From Macrostomum hystrix (lineage: Eukaryota > Animalia > Platyhelminthes): a DNA stretch of 64,000 bases. The stretch covers positions 1,798,001 through 1,862,000 of the forward strand of contig CATNEN010000038.1 in NCBI GenBank assembly GCA_950097015.1, read 5' to 3'. The notes under the pieces were generated by a model that made no database searches, was not told where the DNA came from, and saw nothing but the letters and a program-made list of their open reading frames with translations. A program made the translations under genes and the position numbers. Below, in pieces: positions 59,061 through 64,000 of this stretch; within the stretch, counting starts at the first letter, position 1; each line of letters starts with the position of its first letter.

Positions 59061-59811
59061 AATTAAAGTCCACCAAATTGATAAAAAATTCCCCCTTTAC
59101 GATAAATTAACCTTCACAGCCGTCGGACGTCAGCATCGTCGAGTTATTCAGCTATTCTTGTCGAAGAACCTGGTACCAAGGACAACTAGAATTCTATGCA
59201 TAAATCTCTGTAGCGAATCCATATCGGTTCAATAATTTGAGTCTATCTGTCGTAGGAACCTTTGCTATCACCGTCTAGAAATGAGGGACCACGTCATCGC
59301 CGACTGGAGCATCGGCCGCGACCGTCGGGACTCTTCAACAAAAGCGTCCGACTTTGAAATGACGATCAGGTGCCGATTTTGTTGTGCCGATATGGATGCT
59401 CCATGATGAAACTTTGTGAGAAGAAAAAATACTACCTATACGCTAACACTGGTTGTTTTTGCTACCTGAAACCCCGACTAAATTCGTTAAATATCTTTAG
59501 ATGTTCTGTGATTCTGAAAGCTATTTCATCGGATGCAGCGGTGAATTAAAGCCGGTGCTTTAGAGTATAGTTGTTCCGAGTGACGGAAAGCGTACAACCA
59601 TATCGAAACCATTATCTACTTTCAAACTCAAACGTGCACGGCTACGGGGAAGGCACATTTGATAATAGTTCATAATAGACAGACCCTTCACTCCGATAAA
59701 AAACTACGTAGAGCCCAAAAACGAAACTATTTTGCCTGCCTGCATATCTACATCGACAAGCCCGACCAAACCCATGTAACCCGCAAAAATCGACAACAGA
59801 CTCAAGTTGCA

Positions 59812-62800
59812 ATGATGGCCAATGCAGCCGCAAAAATAATTACTGCGGTATTGCTAGTCGCAACCCTATTCCTCTTTACAATATTTACAAAAAAATCACC
59901 AGAAACACTGAAATCAACGCTTTCGTTCAATAAAGAAAACATGACAGCATTCATAAGCTATCATAAAACTCCATTCAATGGCATTCTGTCGACAGAGTCG
60001 AGCCTAACCACAGCACCTACCACAGTGACTGAAGAGTCTGCGACCACGACTGAAGGCACGACTTTATCGACGACTGAGACGCCGTCCACAGAGTCGAGCC
60101 CAACTACTGAAGCTAGCACAGTGACTGAAGAGTCTGCGACCACGACTGAAGGCACGACTTCATCGACGACTGAGACGCCGTCGACAGAGTCGAGCCCAAC
60201 CACAGAAGCTAGCACAGTGACTGAAGAGTCTGCGACCACGACGGAAGGCACGACTTTATCGACGACTGAGACGCCGTCGATAGAGTCGAGCCCAACCACT
60301 GAAGCTAGCACAGTGACTGAAGAGTCTGCGACCACGACTGAAGGCACGACTTTATCGACGACTGAGACGCCGTCGACAGAGTCGAGCCCAACCACAGAAG
60401 CTAGCACAGTGACTGAAGAGTCTGCGACCACGACTGAAGGCACGACTTTATCGACGACTGAGACGCCGTCGACAGAGTCGAGCCCAACCACAGAAGCTAG
60501 CACAGAGACTGAAGAGTCTGCGACCACGACTGAAGGCACGACTTTATCGACGACTGAGACGCCGTCGACAGAGTCGAGCCCAACCACAGAAGCTAGCACA
60601 GTGACTGAAGAGTCTGCGACCACGACATCTAATGGCACGACTTCATCGACGACTGAGACGCCGTCGACAGAGTCGAGCCCAATCACAGAAGCTAGCACAG
60701 TGACTGAAGAGTCTGCCACCACGACGGAAGGCACGACTTCATCGACGACTGAGACGCCGTCGACAGAGTCGAGCCCAACCACAGAAGCTAGCACAGTGAC
60801 TGAAGAGTCTGCGACCACGACTGAAGGCACGACTTCATCGACGACTGAGACGCCGTCGACAGAGTCGAGCCCAACCACAGAAGCTAGCACAGTGACTGAA
60901 GAGTCTGCGACCACGACTGAAGGCACGACTTCATCGACGACTGAGACGCCGTCGACAGAGTCGAGCCCAACCACAGAAGCTAGCACAGTGACTGAAGAGT
61001 CTGCGACCACGACATCTGACGGCACGACTTCATCGACGACTGAGACGCCGTCGACAGAGTCGAGCCCAACCACAGAAGCTAGCACAGTGACTGAAGAGTC
61101 TGCGACCACGACTGAAGGCACGACTTCATCGACGACTGAGACGCCGTCGACAGAGTCGAGCCCAACCACAGAAGCTAGCACAGTGACTGAAGAGTCTGCG
61201 ACCACGACGTCTAAAGGCACGACTTCATCGACGACTGAGACGCCGTCGACAGAGTCGAGCCCAACCACTGAAGCTAGCACAGTGACTGAAGAGTCTGCGA
61301 CCACGACTGAAGGCACGACTTCATCGACGACTGAGACGCCGTCGACAGAGTCGAGCCCAACCACAGAAGCTAGCACAGTGACTGAAGAGTCTGCGACCAC
61401 GACGGAAGGCACGACTTCATCGACGACTGAGACGCCGTCGATAGAGTCGAGCCCAACCACTGAAGCTAGCACAGTGACTGAAGAGTCTGCGACCACGACT
61501 GAAGGCACGACTTCATCGACGACTGAGACGCCGTCGACAGAGTCGAGCCCAACCACAGAAGCTAGCACAGTGACTGAAGAGTCTGCGACCACGACGGAAG
61601 GCACGACTTTATCGACGACTGAGACGCCGTCGATAGAGTCGAGCCCAACCACTGAAGCTAGCACAGTGACTAAAGAGTCTGCGACCACGACTGAAGGCAC
61701 GACTTTATCGACGACTGAGACGCCGTCGACAGAGTCGAGCCCAACCACAGAAGCTAGCACAGTGACTGAAGAGTCTGCGACCACGACTGAAGGCACGACT
61801 TCATCGACGACTGAGACGCCGTCGACAGAGTCGAGCCCAACCACAGAAGCTAGCACAGTGACTGAAGAGTCTGCGACCACGACGGAAGGCACGACTTTAT
61901 CGACGACTGAGACGCCGTCCACAGAGTCGAGCCCAACCACTGAAGCTAGCACAGTGACTGAAGAGTCTGCGACCACGACTGAAGGCACGACTTTATCGAC
62001 GACTGAGACGCCGTCGACAGAGTCGAGCCCAACCACAGAAGCTAGCACAGTGACTGAAGAGTCTGCGACCACGACTGAAGGCACGACTTCATCGACGACT
62101 GAGACGCCGTCGATAGAGTCGAGCCCAACCACAGAAGCTAGCACAGTGACTGAAGAGTATACGAACACGACGTCTGATGGCACGACTTTATCGACGACTG
62201 AGACGCCGTCCACAGAGTCGAGCCCAACCACAGAAGCTAGCACAGTGACTGAAGAGTCTGCGACCACGACGGAAGGCACGACTTCATCGATGACTGAGAC
62301 GCCGTCGACAGAGTCGAGCCCAACCACAGAAGCTAGCACAGTGACTGAAGAGTCTGCGACGACGACGTCTAAAGGCACGACTTCATCGACGACTGAGACG
62401 CCGTCGACAGAGTCGAGCCCAACCACAGAAGCTAGCACAGTGACTGAAGAGTCTGCGACCACGACTGAAGGCACGACTTCATCGACGACTGAGACGCCGT
62501 CGATAGAGTCGAGCCCAACCACAGAAGCTAGCACAGTGACTGAAGAGTATACGAACACGACGTCTGATGGCACGACTTTATCGACGACTGAGACGCCGTC
62601 CACAGAGTCGAGCCCAACCACAGAAGCTAGCACAGTGACTGAAGAGTCTGCGACCACGACGGAAGGCACGACTTCATCGATGACTGAGACGCCGTCGACA
62701 GAGTCGAGCCCAACCACAGAAGCTAGCACAGTGACTGAAGAGTCTGCGACCACGACGTCTAAAGGCACGACTTCATCGACGACTGAGACGCCGTCGACAG

Positions 62801-64000
62801 AGTCGAGCCCAACCACAGAAGCTAGCACAGTGACTGAAGAGTCTGCGACCACGACTGAAGGCACGACTTCATCGACGACTGAGACGCCGTCGACAGAGTC
62901 GAGCCCAACCACAGAAGCTAGCACAGTTACTGAAGAGTCTGCGACCACGACGGAAGGCACGACTTCATCGACGACTGAGACGCCGTCGATAGAGTCGAGC
63001 CCAACCACAGAAGCTAGCACAGTGACTGAAGAGTCTGCGACCACGACTAAAGGCACGACTTCATCGACGACTGAGACGCCGTCGATAGAGTCGAGCCCAA
63101 CCACAGAAGCTAGCACAGTGACTGAAGAGTATACGAACACGACGTCTGATGGCACGACTTTATCGACGACTGAGACGCCGTCCACAGAGTCGAGCCCAAC
63201 CACAGAAGCTAGCACAGTGACTGAAGAGTCTGCGACCACGACTGAAGGCACGACTTCATCGATGACTGAGACGCCGTCGACAGATTCGAGCCCAACCACA
63301 GAAGCTAGCACAGTGACTGAAGAGTCTGCGACGACGACGTCTAAAGGCACGACTTCATCGACGACTGAGACGCCGTCGACAGAGTCGAGCCCAACCACAG
63401 AAGCTAGCACAGTGACTGAAGAGTCTGCGACCACGACTGAAGGCACGACTTCATCGACGACTGAGACGCCGTCGACAGAGTCGAGCCCAACCACAGAAGC
63501 TAGCACAGTGACTGAAGAGTCTGCGACCACGACTGAAGGCACGACTTCATCGACGACTGAGACGCCGTCGACAGAGTCGAGCCCAACCACAGAAGCTAGC
63601 ACAGTGACTGAAGAGTCTGCGACCACGACATCTGACGGCACGACTTCATCGACGACTGAGACGCCGTCGACAGAGTCGAGCCCAACCACAGAAGCTAGCA
63701 CAGTGACTGAAGAGTCTGCGACCACGACTGAAGGCACGACTTCATCGACGACTGAGACGCCGTCGACAGAGTCGAGCCCAACCACAGAAGCTAGCACAGT
63801 GACTGAAGAGTCTGCGACCACGACGTCTAAAGGCACGACTTCATCGACGACTGAGACGCCGTCGACAGAGTCGAGCCCAACCACTGAAGCTAGCACAGTG
63901 ACTGAAGAGTCTGCGACCACGACTGAAGGCACGACTTCATCGACGACTGAGACGCCGTCGACAGAGTCGAGCCCAACCACAGAAGCTAGCACAGTGACTG
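59812..64000 (+). CDS. Mucin-like Thr/Ser/Glu-rich protein with an N-terminal signal/anchor; 5' part, more than 1,390 aa, open at the window edge
   Basis: ATG 59812 gives MMANAAAKIITAVLLVATLFLFTIFTKKSPE..., in frame with about 41 copies of a 32-aa repeat TESSPTTEASTVTEESATTTEGTTSSTTETPS (96 bp; 99-bp variants keep the frame). No stop before 64000, which explains its absence from the ORF track. Confidence 0.82.
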   Translation, partial: MMANAAAKIITAVLLVATLFLFTIFTKKSPETLKSTLSFNKENMTAFISYHKTPFNGILSTESSLTTAPTTVTEESATTTEGTTLSTTETPSTESSPTTEASTVTEESATTTEGTTSSTTETPSTESSPTTEASTVTEESATTTEGTTLSTTETPSIESSPTTEASTVTEESATTTEGTTLSTTETPSTESSPTTEASTVTEESATTTEGTTLSTTETPSTESSPTTEASTETEESATTTEGTTLSTTETPSTESSPTTEASTVTEESATTTSNGTTSSTTETPSTESSPITEASTVTEESATTTEGTTSSTTETPSTESSPTTEASTVTEESATTTEGTTSSTTETPSTESSPTTEASTVTEESATTTEGTTSSTTETPSTESSPTTEASTVTEESATTTSDGTTSSTTETPSTESSPTTEASTVTEESATTTEGTTSSTTETPSTESSPTTEASTVTEESATTTSKGTTSSTTETPSTESSPTTEASTVTEESATTTEGTTSSTTETPSTESSPTTEASTVTEESATTTEGTTSSTTETPSIESSPTTEASTVTEESATTTEGTTSSTTETPSTESSPTTEASTVTEESATTTEGTTLSTTETPSIESSPTTEASTVTKESATTTEGTTLSTTETPSTESSPTTEASTVTEESATTTEGTTSSTTETPSTESSPTTEASTVTEESATTTEGTTLSTTETPSTESSPTTEASTVTEESATTTEGTTLSTTETPSTESSPTTEASTVTEESATTTEGTTSSTTETPSIESSPTTEASTVTEEYTNTTSDGTTLSTTETPSTESSPTTEASTVTEESATTTEGTTSSMTETPSTESSPTTEASTVTEESATTTSKGTTSSTTETPSTESSPTTEASTVTEESATTTEGTTSSTTETPSIESSPTTEASTVTEEYTNTTSDGTTLSTTETPSTESSPTTEASTVTEESATTTEGTTSSMTETPSTESSPTTEASTVTEESATTTSKGTTSSTTETPSTESSPTTEASTVTEESATTTEGTTSSTTETPSTESSPTTEASTVTEESATTTEGTTSSTTETPSIESSPTTEASTVTEESATTTKGTTSSTTETPSIESSPTTEASTVTEEYTNTTSDGTTLSTTETPSTESSPTTEASTVTEESATTTEGTTSSMTETPSTDSSPTTEASTVTEESATTTSKGTTSSTTETPSTESSPTTEASTVTEESATTTEGTTSSTTETPSTESSPTTEASTVTEESATTTEGTTSSTTETPSTESSPTTEASTVTEESATTTSDGTTSSTTETPSTESSPTTEASTVTEESATTTEGTTSSTTETPSTESSPTTEASTVTEESATTTSKGTTSSTTETPSTESSPTTEASTVTEESATTTEGTTSSTTETPSTESSPTTEASTVT

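Noticed and set aside
59961-63992. 1343-aa Val/Ser/Asp-rich ORF on the minus strand
   Set aside because: Antisense shadow of the plus-strand mucin-like repeat, which has a proper ATG and signal/anchor.

Overview
Eukaryotic (animal) genomic DNA with GT-AG introns, GC-rich exons, AT-rich intergenic DNA and many intronic minisatellites. The style suggests a free-living flatworm such as Macrostomum, which is an inference only. Host genes reconstructed by hand from splice sites and reading phase: a PCF11-type CID-domain gene (-, runs off the left edge); a frameshifted tandem PC4/Sub1-like ORF (-); two paralogous 4-exon two-pore-domain K+ channel genes (-); a 9-exon CLINT1/EpsinR gene (+); a SAP-domain SARNP/Tho1-like gene (-); a 5-exon ADA2/TADA2B-like gene (+); and the 5' part of a very long Thr/Ser/Glu-rich mucin-like ORF (+, absent from the ORF track, runs off the right edge). 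Between the two K2P genes lies a rearranged block of about 10 kb. It holds an internally deleted LINE nested in a tRNA-derived SINE and folded back as a 1.3-kb inverted repeat, then an LTR-less CsRn1-type Gypsy with an uninterrupted pol, then a 1,853-bp tandem duplication carrying an intronless, divergent BIR(+UBA-like) gene. Also present: Mutator-like and hAT-like MITEs, a probable non-autonomous Helitron, several SINEs, an RTE fragment and about a dozen different tandem arrays. No database searches could be run, so family calls rest on recognised motifs.
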